This document shows positions 21,635-30,544 of a stretch of DNA of 64,000 bases, in pieces; the stretch's first letter is position 1, and every line of letters starts with the position of its first letter. The DNA is from Candidatus Helarchaeota archaeon (GTDB taxonomy: Archaea; Asgardarchaeota; Lokiarchaeia; Helarchaeales; RDOG01), in the NCBI GenBank assembly GCA_019058315.1, contig JAHPZH010000001.1, forward strand, positions 1,233,432 to 1,297,431, read 5' to 3'. The notes under the pieces are model-generated. The model worked only from the letters and a program-made list of their open reading frames with translations, had not been told where the DNA came from and did not search any database. The translations under genes were made by a program, and so were the position numbers.

Positions 21635-22711
21635 ATGAGTTTAAATTTAACAATGGCTGCAATAATTGCTTTTATCTCAGCAGCTATTGTATTGGTATTA
21701 TTTTTCCAAAAATGGAGTGATTATTTAAAGACAAAATTTCCACAAGACTTAGCTCTGGCGTGTACATGGCTTTCCGTCTTTTTATATTCTTCAGCACAAG
21801 GATTAGCTTTCCAATTTCTCTCATTAGATTTATATCGTATTAGTTATTTCATTGCTGCATTTGTTAATATTTTTCTACTTATATTTAATGATTATATTTC
21901 GAAAGAATCAATTCATCCAATAAGATTAACTATAATAACGGGATTGTTTATTGTAGCATTAATTTCTTCATTTCTTCCAAATTCGATTATTCTCGATTTC
22001 TATCCTAATGGTGAATTAGGAATCTTCCAGGCGGGATATTTTCGAATCCTTGTAAATTTTCCTCTTGTTTTAACCTTCATAATTCTTATTTATTCTACTT
22101 CTAGATTATACTTAGAAGCTCCTCAGGAACTAAAGATTTACTGCGGTTTATATTTATTTGGAATGTTATTGATAGTTATAGGTCCTATTATTTTTATAAT
22201 TTTAAATTTAAATTTAATTTTTCCTGCATTTCACTTATTTTGGATGGCTATTAGCTCGGTAATAATTGGTATTACTTATTCTAAAGAACCAAGAATCGGT
22301 TATATATTACCATTTAAAGTTATAAAATTATCAGTTATTGAAATTAATCGAGGAATTTCTCTTTTTAATTATAATTGGAGTAAAAAGGAAGAATTGTTAG
22401 AGCAAGCTACTTTTTCTGCTATGATTCATGCAATTAATCAGTTCATTGGAGAAACATTGCAAAAAGGTTATATTCGTGAAATTATTTTAGAAAAAGCAAT
22501 CTTAATTGTACAGAAACAAGAAAAATACCCAATTGCATTTGTATTAATTTCCACTAAATCTTCTAAGTCTCTTAGAAAAGGTCTGAACTGCTTCATAGAA
22601 AGATTCATTAAAGAATATTCTGAATATTTTCAAATTCCTCATGATACTGAGAAATTTAAATCCGCTTCACATATAATTTTAGACTGTTTTTCCTTTGTTC
22701 CAGTATATTAA
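21635..22711 (+). CDS. Seven-TM membrane protein with a C-terminal cytoplasmic longin-like domain
   Basis: About seven hydrophobic helices in aa 1-215, then KLSVIEINRGISLFNYNW..FSAMIHAINQFIGE..IREIILE..FVLIS..LRKGLNCFIERF, a longin-type beta-beta-alpha-beta-beta-beta-alpha pattern. Confidence 0.7.
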   Translation: MSLNLTMAAIIAFISAAIVLVLFFQKWSDYLKTKFPQDLALACTWLSVFLYSSAQGLAFQFLSLDLYRISYFIAAFVNIFLLIFNDYISKESIHPIRLTIITGLFIVALISSFLPNSIILDFYPNGELGIFQAGYFRILVNFPLVLTFIILIYSTSRLYLEAPQELKIYCGLYLFGMLLIVIGPIIFIILNLNLIFPAFHLFWMAISSVIIGITYSKEPRIGYILPFKVIKLSVIEINRGISLFNYNWSKKEELLEQATFSAMIHAINQFIGETLQKGYIREIILEKAILIVQKQEKYPIAFVLISTKSSKSLRKGLNCFIERFIKEYSEYFQIPHDTEKFKSASHIILDCFSFVPVY

Positions 22712-23145
22712 TCCCATTTACCGATATTCATAAACCGAAATAATTCTTTTAAAGTATATGGCATAGGATATTTTGGAACATCTTCAAATTTAACCCATTT
22801 AGCATTTAATGCATCATCTTGAGCTTGAGCTTCCCCTTTAAATGAAGTAGTTTTATAATCAAAAATTGCAAAATGATATAAAACGTTATTTTCTTCATCC
22901 CAAATAACCTTAGTTACAGCATCGACAAATTCTACTTTATCAACTTTTATACCAGTTTCTTCATAGACTTCACGAATTGCAGCTTCTTCAGCAGTTTCTC
23001 CATTTTCAATGAGCCCTCCAGGTATTGACCAAAGACCCTTATCAGGTTCTGCGGCTCTTTGTATCATTAATATTTTTCCATCTCTAATTAAAACCGTCCC
23101 AACTCCGCCAATAGGGCGGGATGGGTGTTTTCTACTTGTTTCCAT
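22708..23145 (-). CDS. NUDIX hydrolase (ADP-ribose pyrophosphatase-like)
   Basis: Nudix box GGLIENGETAEEAAIREVYEETGI. Confidence 0.92.
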   Translation of the reverse strand: METSRKHPSRPIGGVGTVLIRDGKILMIQRAAEPDKGLWSIPGGLIENGETAEEAAIREVYEETGIKVDKVEFVDAVTKVIWDEENNVLYHFAIFDYKTTSFKGEAQAQDDALNAKWVKFEDVPKYPMPYTLKELFRFMNIGKWD

Positions 23146-23179
23146 ATAATAGCAACCCTTGATCTTTTAAAATTCTTTT

Positions 23180-24619
23180 CTATTTCAGGAAAAATTCGTT
23201 ATTTGTTAATTCTCCATGTATAAGACCAAATTCAAGCATGTATTTTATTAATCTAACTAATATCTTTGCATCTATTTTTGCGGATTTAGCAACTTCACTT
23301 AAAAGAGATTTTTTTGATTTTTTCAAGATATCCATTAGAATAAATAACATTTTTTCTTCTTTAATAATTTCAGATTTATCCCAAGTCACTATAACTCTTA
23401 AATTGTGTTGTTTAATTAATTTTTCTACATGTTTCACAAGGTCTTGAGGAGGTAATTTAAAATTTTCATTAATAGTTTTGAATTTAATTCGTTCATTTTT
23501 TTCTATAAAATCCATAATCGTTTTATTTAATATTTGATAAGTGAAAAATTTGCTTTCATCATTAGAAACTAATCCACTAATCTTCTGATTTGATATTAAT
23601 TTTTTAAGTAGACTTGATGTATTTTTTGGACCTAATCTGATTTTTTCTTGAATTTCCATGATATTTAAAACATCTTGATTTTTTTCATTTATTATATTAA
23701 TGATTTCATCAAAAACTTTTTCCTCTGATACATATTCAGTTTCATCTAAAGTAAAAAATCCTCGTATTACATTATTTTTTTCTAGAATGTTAAGTTCATT
23801 TTTTAACATATCAATTTCCTTAATTCCAAATTTTTTTTGGAGATCTGAAGTTTTAACCCTACCAGTTCTTTTAATAAAATTTGATATTTCTTTGGTGATA
23901 ATATTTTGAGGAACAAAATATTCTTGATCTTCTGTAAAATTACCTCTTATTTTATTCCAAGAAATTAAATTATCGATCCAGATTCTTGCCCGTTTCTTAC
24001 CAAGAGCTGCATCAATAGCATTTTTAGCTAGTGCCTCCCACTCATTTAAATCAGAATCCTTATCATCCTTAATATCAGTTATCAAAGATGTTAAATCAAT
24101 ATCTTCATTAGATTCGATCAAATCATCTATGAAATCAGCTAACTCAGATAAATGAACTTTTCCTTTTTTTAAAATTGATAGCATTTGATTTTGTTCTATT
24201 TCACTTACATGAAAAAACATATAATTTTCAGAAATATCGAAAAATCCATGTTGAATATCTTGACTGCATAGATCATTTATTATTTTGTAAATAATTTCAA
24301 GTGGAACTCCAAAATCTTGACTTTGTTTTTTGAGATCTAATTTAAAGATTCCTTCTATATTATTATTTAATTGTTCTTTCAAATAATCATATGTAATAAA
24401 TTCAGTATCTAAAAACGTAAAATAACCTATAATTTGCTCATCTTTGATTAAATCCTCTAATTCCTTTTTTACTTCCGGGATCACCAATCCTAATTCATTT
24501 GAAAAGAGTTCAATATTAAAAATTCCTCTTTTCATTACTTCTTTTTTAATTTTTACCTTCCTAGGATCTAATTCATCTTTTATTTTCTCAATCTTATTTT
24601 TTATTTTTTCAAACATCAA
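23180..24619 (-). CDS. Tandem winged-helix (PCI-like) repeat protein, UFL1/DDRGK1-like
   Basis: About seven ~60-aa repeats, most ending in an LI....I.G.F..D..[EF][FY]-like segment. Confidence 0.6.
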   Translation of the reverse strand: MMFEKIKNKIEKIKDELDPRKVKIKKEVMKRGIFNIELFSNELGLVIPEVKKELEDLIKDEQIIGYFTFLDTEFITYDYLKEQLNNNIEGIFKLDLKKQSQDFGVPLEIIYKIINDLCSQDIQHGFFDISENYMFFHVSEIEQNQMLSILKKGKVHLSELADFIDDLIESNEDIDLTSLITDIKDDKDSDLNEWEALAKNAIDAALGKKRARIWIDNLISWNKIRGNFTEDQEYFVPQNIITKEISNFIKRTGRVKTSDLQKKFGIKEIDMLKNELNILEKNNVIRGFFTLDETEYVSEEKVFDEIINIINEKNQDVLNIMEIQEKIRLGPKNTSSLLKKLISNQKISGLVSNDESKFFTYQILNKTIMDFIEKNERIKFKTINENFKLPPQDLVKHVEKLIKQHNLRVIVTWDKSEIIKEEKMLFILMDILKKSKKSLLSEVAKSAKIDAKILVRLIKYMLEFGLIHGELTNNEFFLK

Positions 24620-24685
24620 AATCTTCTTTATTATTGTTTCTCATTTAAAAATTAATAATTAGGTTTTAAATTAGTCCATCAAACC

Positions 24686-26659
24686 TTACATACGTTCCGG
24701 GATTTTAATTCCCATTAATTTTTCTAGGCCTATTTCAAAAACTATTTGTACTGCTTTTACCAAGGCTAATCTTGAATTCTTTAAATCTTCATTTTCTGCA
24801 TTTAGGACCTGACAAGCATGATAGAAATCTGAAAATTTATCAGCTAATTGTAATAAATATTCAGGAAGCTGATGAATTGTAAAATTTTCTATTATATTTT
24901 TTATTAAATTTGGAAGCTTGGATAGATGTTTAATTAATTCTTTTTCTGTTGGATCCGTTAATTGAGAATAATCAGGATTTTTTAATTCTCCTCCATGTTT
25001 TTTTAAGATGCTATTTGCCCTAACTGCAGCGTATTGAATATAAGGACAACTGTCACCTTCAAAATTCAAAACGTCCTGCCATTTTATTATTATTTTTCGT
25101 TCTCTTTTAAACTTTGCAATATAATATTTTATTGCTCCAACTCCAATTTTTTCAGCTAATTCTTTCATATACTCTTCTGAATATTCTTTCTCATGACGTT
25201 TTTTTACTTCTTCATAAGCTAATTCGACTGCTTTATCGATAGCTATATCTGCTTGATAGCCTTTCCAAGTTCCTCTACGCCCTGAGAAAGAATCATCAGG
25301 TAAACCGACATGTTCAAAGCTAAGATGGTGAGAATTTAAATATGCGTCTTCATAACCTATAGCTTTCATAGAATAAAAAACAACTTGCTGAGAATCTGTT
25401 TGTTCAGATCCGATAACATTTATTGATATATCTCCTCTTCCAAATCTCTTCATCGGGTCTCCATTCATATTAGTTTCCCATAAAACTTGCCCATTAGGTT
25501 GCTTAATTTTTTCTCGATAATTAAAAGTAGATTCTACAAGATTCATTTTAAATGCATGAAGACCAATGTCTCTACCAGTATATGTAGGGACATCATTTGA
25601 ACGAACAATAATTTTATATGGTTTAGTCTTCTTTTTGTATTCTTTATCAACTTCGGACATATTAACTACTATACAACCTGCATCAGGTCCCTCTTTTATT
25701 TTGTAGACATTTTTAGATTTTAATATTTTACTTAGCACTTCCTCAAATATGCCACTATGAATGACATCACTTTCCCAAATAATTAAATCATAAAAAATAT
25801 TCATTCTCCAAGCTGTTTCTAATTGTCCTAATGTAGCTCTTTTCACAATATCTTCTGCTTTTTTGGAGTATTTATTATTACCATGTTCCATCATTTTAAT
25901 AATATCACTTACTTTCGTTTCAAATTCTTCGTTTTTAGCAATTTTTTGCGAAGCATCAACATAAAGTAACCCCAAATAATAATCAATTTTAAAATTAGTA
26001 ATATCTAATTCTATAAAAAATGGTAAAAAGAAGAGATATGGAAAATAGTTAATGGGACTATCATCTTCTAAAAATCTCCAAACTAATACAGCAATCTGTC
26101 TTCCCAAATTATCCATATAATTTTCTACTTCTACATTAAATCCTCCTTTTCTATAGATCCGAGAAATTATATCGCCTAAGACACCACATCTTAAAGTCCC
26201 TAAATGTAAAGGTTTATTAGGATTTGCAGAAGTATGCTCTATTATAGCTTTTTTTTCTTGTCCTACATCAAGATTTCCATAATTGTTATTAGATTTTAAA
26301 ATTTCCCCTAATGCAAATTTTGAATACTTTTCCCAATTTAGGTAGAAATTAATATGGCCCCCACCCGCAATTTCAACTTTATTTATTAATGATGTGTTAG
26401 AAATTGAAATATTATTTAAAATATCTTCAGCTATTTTATTGGGAGACTTTTTTAACTTCTTTGCCAATGAGAATGCTATTGGAGTAGAAAATTCTCCAAA
26501 ATTTGGATCGGGTGGTTCATTAATCATTCTTTCCCACTTGATCCAATCTAACTTTAAATTTATATTTTTTAAAGCAGAAAATAAATTGTTTTTTATTTCT
26601 TTTTTAACAAAATTCCATGGATCAGAGTATTTGGGAATTAAACTGCTATCTTTACTCAT
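24686..26659 (-). CDS. argS: Arginine--tRNA ligase
   Basis: EHTSANPNKPLHLGTLR (HIGH motif), FSGRRG, GDSCPYIQYAAVRANSIL, and the DALR domain ending PERM. Confidence 0.96.
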   Translation of the reverse strand: MSKDSSLIPKYSDPWNFVKKEIKNNLFSALKNINLKLDWIKWERMINEPPDPNFGEFSTPIAFSLAKKLKKSPNKIAEDILNNISISNTSLINKVEIAGGGHINFYLNWEKYSKFALGEILKSNNNYGNLDVGQEKKAIIEHTSANPNKPLHLGTLRCGVLGDIISRIYRKGGFNVEVENYMDNLGRQIAVLVWRFLEDDSPINYFPYLFFLPFFIELDITNFKIDYYLGLLYVDASQKIAKNEEFETKVSDIIKMMEHGNNKYSKKAEDIVKRATLGQLETAWRMNIFYDLIIWESDVIHSGIFEEVLSKILKSKNVYKIKEGPDAGCIVVNMSEVDKEYKKKTKPYKIIVRSNDVPTYTGRDIGLHAFKMNLVESTFNYREKIKQPNGQVLWETNMNGDPMKRFGRGDISINVIGSEQTDSQQVVFYSMKAIGYEDAYLNSHHLSFEHVGLPDDSFSGRRGTWKGYQADIAIDKAVELAYEEVKKRHEKEYSEEYMKELAEKIGVGAIKYYIAKFKRERKIIIKWQDVLNFEGDSCPYIQYAAVRANSILKKHGGELKNPDYSQLTDPTEKELIKHLSKLPNLIKNIIENFTIHQLPEYLLQLADKFSDFYHACQVLNAENEDLKNSRLALVKAVQIVFEIGLEKLMGIKIPERM

Positions 26660-26878
26660 TTAAAATCACGAATTTTACCAGTTACAATCACTATTTTCAT
26701 GTGTAATTAATAATTCTTTAACTAATTTTAGCTTTTCATATACAAGCTAACTATCGAAAAAAAATGGGAACTCTGAATATCAAATTAATCTATAATTTTT
26801 TATTCTTCAAAATTCTGAAAAATCGTAAAATAAGAAATTAAAGTGGAATTGAAAAATATTTAATGAAAAATTAAATTA

Positions 26879-27487
26879 TTAAGTGACTAATTTATATCCT
26901 TCTTTTGTTATCGTAGCGATCTGGAAATCGCCACCAGAGGCAATATCTCTCTTTCTTGCTGCGCTAATTGCTGCTTTTACAAGTTCAATACATTCTGTAA
27001 CACTCATATCAGGTTTGTATCTATTTTCAAGAACTCCTATTCCAACAATACTTCCACTCCCTGTAGCAGTGAAGGTTGTTTCTTCGAGTATCGAACCAAA
27101 TGGGTCAAGGCTATATAAGTGAGGACCTTGTTTATCCCAACCACCGCAAACTAACATTGTTATATAAGGAAACATCCTATTTTGAAACAAAATTGCAGCT
27201 GCTAGCTGAACAATCGATTTAACCATCATATCTTTATTCGATTCAAGTTGTCTAAGACTCGCCAAAGCAGTCAAAGTTCTTATAAGTTGCTGGCTATCAG
27301 CCACTCCACCAGATATGGTCATAGCAATATATTTAGTTACTTTAAATAATTTGGTAGCTGTTTTAGACGCAACAAAATATCCAGCTGTAGCTTGACTCTC
27401 GGTAGCTAGAACTACACCATCTTTACAAATAAGTCCCATAGTTGTTGTCCCAGTTTTGACAATTTTATTTTCTAAATTACTTTCCAT
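26879..27487 (-). CDS. psmB: Proteasome subunit beta
   Basis: Propeptide ...KTG/TTT, GGVADSQ, ATGSGS, RDIASG. Confidence 0.96.
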   Translation of the reverse strand: MESNLENKIVKTGTTTMGLICKDGVVLATESQATAGYFVASKTATKLFKVTKYIAMTISGGVADSQQLIRTLTALASLRQLESNKDMMVKSIVQLAAAILFQNRMFPYITMLVCGGWDKQGPHLYSLDPFGSILEETTFTATGSGSIVGIGVLENRYKPDMSVTECIELVKAAISAARKRDIASGGDFQIATITKEGYKLVT

Positions 27488-27738
27488 TTTACTTCAACAC
27501 CATTTAACCAAAATAATATGAATTTAATTTAAATTCTTTTTTACGGGATTTTTTTATTCTAATATAGAAATTATAAAAAATATGAATATTTAGATTATTA
27601 AAACATATTTATTTAATTGATTACCAGATAAGAAATTATTGTATTAAAATCATTCCAAGTAACTTAAAATTAATTTTAACATATTAAAATAAATCAAAAA
27701 AAATGAAAAAAAAAGTATTTTATTCTGATTTTATTTTT

Positions 27739-28152
27739 TTAAGATCCAAATGCTTCCCATATTGGATCACTCCCCAGAATACAAACAAATAAGGCTTGAA
27801 ATGCCATTATTACTCCACCCCAATACATAGAACCATACCATGCCATACCAGCACAAATTATCATCACAATATGTTGAGTCTGAGTAAGAACCTCACCGTC
27901 CTTAATACTCATAAATGGACCAATGTTTGGTATGAAATAGAGAATTCCACTAGCAATACCTATAATTATAGCACTAATTGCGTATCCTGAGAGAGCTGGT
28001 CTGCCAAAACTGAAATTGAAAAATCCTCTTGGGGTCACAAATGCATCTGCCCATAGAAAACCCCATAAGATTGATAGACCAATTGCAGCAATAGGGGCAA
28101 TCCAATTTAATATTTTTCTTATATCATCTGCAGCGTCCCAAATTGCAGGCAT
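27739..28152 (-). CDS. Small multi-TM membrane protein, unknown function
   Basis: 137 aa with about four hydrophobic segments; GGTGGAAG lies upstream of the ATG. Confidence 0.75.
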   Translation of the reverse strand: MPAIWDAADDIRKILNWIAPIAAIGLSILWGFLWADAFVTPRGFFNFSFGRPALSGYAISAIIIGIASGILYFIPNIGPFMSIKDGEVLTQTQHIVMIICAGMAWYGSMYWGGVIMAFQALFVCILGSDPIWEAFGS

Positions 28153-28392
28153 AATACTTCACCATTTATTTTTATTTTTGATTCCTTTTTTTTTATTTTT
28201 AATAGATAAAAAAATAGTTATGACTTGGTTTTTATTTTGTAATTTAAAGTTTATCTAATTAGGCATAAAATATTATAAAAAGTTAAAATAATATAAAGAG
28301 TCTAATTAATCGCTTAAACTTGTTTTAAAATGGTTTAATCAAATTTAAATCAAAATAAAAAAATAAAAAAGTGATAAAACATAGGGTAAAGT

Positions 28393-28692
28393 TTAGACTC
28401 CGCCGCCTTCAAGGAAATCTTTGTTTATTTTTAAGAATAGAAGTAATACAGAACCAATTATTGCCAGAACTATTCCCAGCATTACCATTCCACCGGGGAG
28501 CATCGTAATAACAATGAGATAACCTATTAGTCCTAGAAACCAAACAAAGAAAATAGCAAAGAATCCATTTAATGTTCTACCATAAACAGCAAAGTTTGCC
28601 ACTGCAATTATTGAACCTGCTAATGCTAGAGCTATTCCTACCCATGTAAGTATATTTTCTACATTTTCTGGTATTTCAACCATTTTTATCAT
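28393..28692 (-). CDS. Small three-TM membrane protein, unknown function
   Basis: About 96-99 aa and hydrophobic. Its N-terminus resembles that of 27739-28152. Confidence 0.7.
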   Translation of the reverse strand: MIKMVEIPENVENILTWVGIALALAGSIIAVANFAVYGRTLNGFFAIFFVWFLGLIGYLIVITMLPGGMVMLGIVLAIIGSVLLLFLKINKDFLEGGGV

Positions 28693-29038
28693 CCATTACT
28701 CTTTTTTTTGGATATTTGTAATTATAGATAATTCATTTTTAAACTTTATATAAAATCTTGAATAATATCAAAATAATATCAGCTATAAAATCTCACATTA
28801 GACTTTTTATTTTTGACTTTAAAATTAATTTTTTATTAAAAAGAAAATAATTTATGGTAGTTACAAAAATATTAATCTCTAATTCTAATATATTGTGAAT
28901 GAATTCTATAATAATTTATAATTATCTTGATAACTTACAAGTCATTAAATTAGATTATTAAAGCTATAATATTTTTAAAATTTCATTAAGAGATATTTTT
29001 TAAATAATATTTTTCAAATAATTACATAGTGTAAAGTC

Positions 29039-29554
29039 ATGATGTCTTTAGAAGAAATTTTAAAAGATTTAAGAAAATATTATAATAAAAATCCTCTTAA
29101 TTGGAGAATATCTGTTAACAAGGATTCTTTAAATCATGGCAATATACTTATTTCTAATCCAGATTTTGAATTATTATGGCAAATCAAGCTGGATAGTTTA
29201 TACAAACCTAATCCAATCGGTATAGGAGCTAAAATTAAAGATTTTGACTTTGGGAATAAAAATATTGATTTAAAAATGCCATCTTTCGGTTATCGCCCAC
29301 TTTTAGATGAACAACTTGAACAATTACAATTTAAAATTTTAGAGAAAAAGCCTTTGGACAATTTAATTATGGATATTCTAAATAATGATCCTATACCTGT
29401 AAAAGATGCTAAAAACAAAGGTTTACTAGAGGGACCTATAACATTTTCCCCACCAGGATATATATCAAAAAGACAAAAAGAATTAGATAAGAAACTGAAA
29501 CGTGATTTAAATCAATTAAAATACAGACAAGGTCTAGGTTTACAATATATCTAA
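29039..29554 (+). CDS. Conserved archaeal hypothetical protein
   Basis: 171-aa soluble ORF (NPLNWR, IGIGAKI, FGYRP, GPI); C-terminus LGLQYI. Confidence 0.75.
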   Translation: MMSLEEILKDLRKYYNKNPLNWRISVNKDSLNHGNILISNPDFELLWQIKLDSLYKPNPIGIGAKIKDFDFGNKNIDLKMPSFGYRPLLDEQLEQLQFKILEKKPLDNLIMDILNNDPIPVKDAKNKGLLEGPITFSPPGYISKRQKELDKKLKRDLNQLKYRQGLGLQYI

Positions 29555-29609
29555 TTGGTTATAATAAAAAAAAAGTGAAAATTTAGATTCATTAGTTCTC
29601 TAATTTTAT

Positions 29610-29783
29610 CTACGTTACTTCTTTAAAGAAATCTAGCCAAAAATGGAAGCGAGCTATCTTAACAATTATGTCTAGTAAATCTGGTTGCATGCCCATAACA
29701 GTTATTAAGATCCAAATTGCACCAAAACAAATTACACCGTACATGGCTATTTGAACTATTTGGTTAATTTTATCGAGAATCAA
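29610..29783 (-). CDS. Membrane micro-protein C (57 aa), PD[LM][LI]D family
   Basis: The TTG start overlaps the upstream TGA (TTGA), with GGAGG at 29795-29799. MILDKINQIVQIAMYGVICFGAIWILITVMGMQPDLLDIIVKIARFHFWLDFFKEVT. The ORF track gives an alternative start at 29792. Confidence 0.75.
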   Translation of the reverse strand: MILDKINQIVQIAMYGVICFGAIWILITVMGMQPDLLDIIVKIARFHFWLDFFKEVT

Positions 29784-29947
29784 AATGACCAATCCTCCAT
29801 AAAAGTTAGCATCTTCAATAATGTTGTAAATTTATCTAATAAATCAGGTCCTAATCCAGCAAGAGTCATCCAAATTAGTATACCACAAATGCCTACCACT
29901 AGTAAAGTTATTACTTGTATCCACTTAATTAAATCTTCTAACTCCAA
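29780..29947 (-). CDS. Membrane micro-protein B (55 aa), PD[LM][LI]D family
   Basis: GAGGTG lies 7 nt before the TTG at 29947. MELEDLIKWIQVITLLVVGICGILIWMTLAGLGPDLLDKFTTLLKMLTFMEDWSF. Confidence 0.75.
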   Translation of the reverse strand: MELEDLIKWIQVITLLVVGICGILIWMTLAGLGPDLLDKFTTLLKMLTFMEDWSF

Positions 29948-29980
29948 TCTTATACACCTCATTAATTTATTCAATTTTAA

Positions 29981-30148
29981 TTAAAGGAAATTAAAAGCCC
30001 ATCGTAAAAATGCTAAGTCTGCTAATTGATCAATCATATCCGGACGCCAAGATGAAACCAAAACTACTATAGCTATGACACTAACTATGACAAGGATGTA
30101 ACCTACTAATTTTATGATTGCCATCACTATATTATCTTCTTCTTCCAT
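29981..30148 (-). CDS. Membrane micro-protein A (55 aa), PD[LM][LI]D family
   Basis: GAGG lies upstream of the ATG at 30148. MEEEDNIVMAIIKLVGYILVIVSVIAIVVLVSSWRPDMIDQLADLAFLRWAFNFL. Confidence 0.75.
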   Translation of the reverse strand: MEEEDNIVMAIIKLVGYILVIVSVIAIVVLVSSWRPDMIDQLADLAFLRWAFNFL

Positions 30149-30544
30149 GTATATCTGCCTCATATTTTTTGATTTTTATTTTGTTTTTGATTTATTCTAT
30201 ATTAAATAGTTATTTTTACCAATTGAGTTTAATTGGGTGTTTTTTTATATGAAAAATTTTAATATAAATTTTACTAGTATTAAAATAATCAGATATTATT
30301 TTTAACACTATATTTTTTCAAATTTTAGTATATTTAATTGAAATAAAATATTTTCACCTTGAAAAATCTACTAAATATGTTTAAAACCCACCATTCAATC
30401 ATTAAAATTAATCATTTCAAAAAATGATTAAATTTCATTATAAAATATCTTTTCTTGAAATGTAAAGAATTAAATAATTTAATTCCTAAATTCATCCATT
30501 AAATCAAAATTATTAAAATGATTTAATTTTTAGGAGAAATTGAA

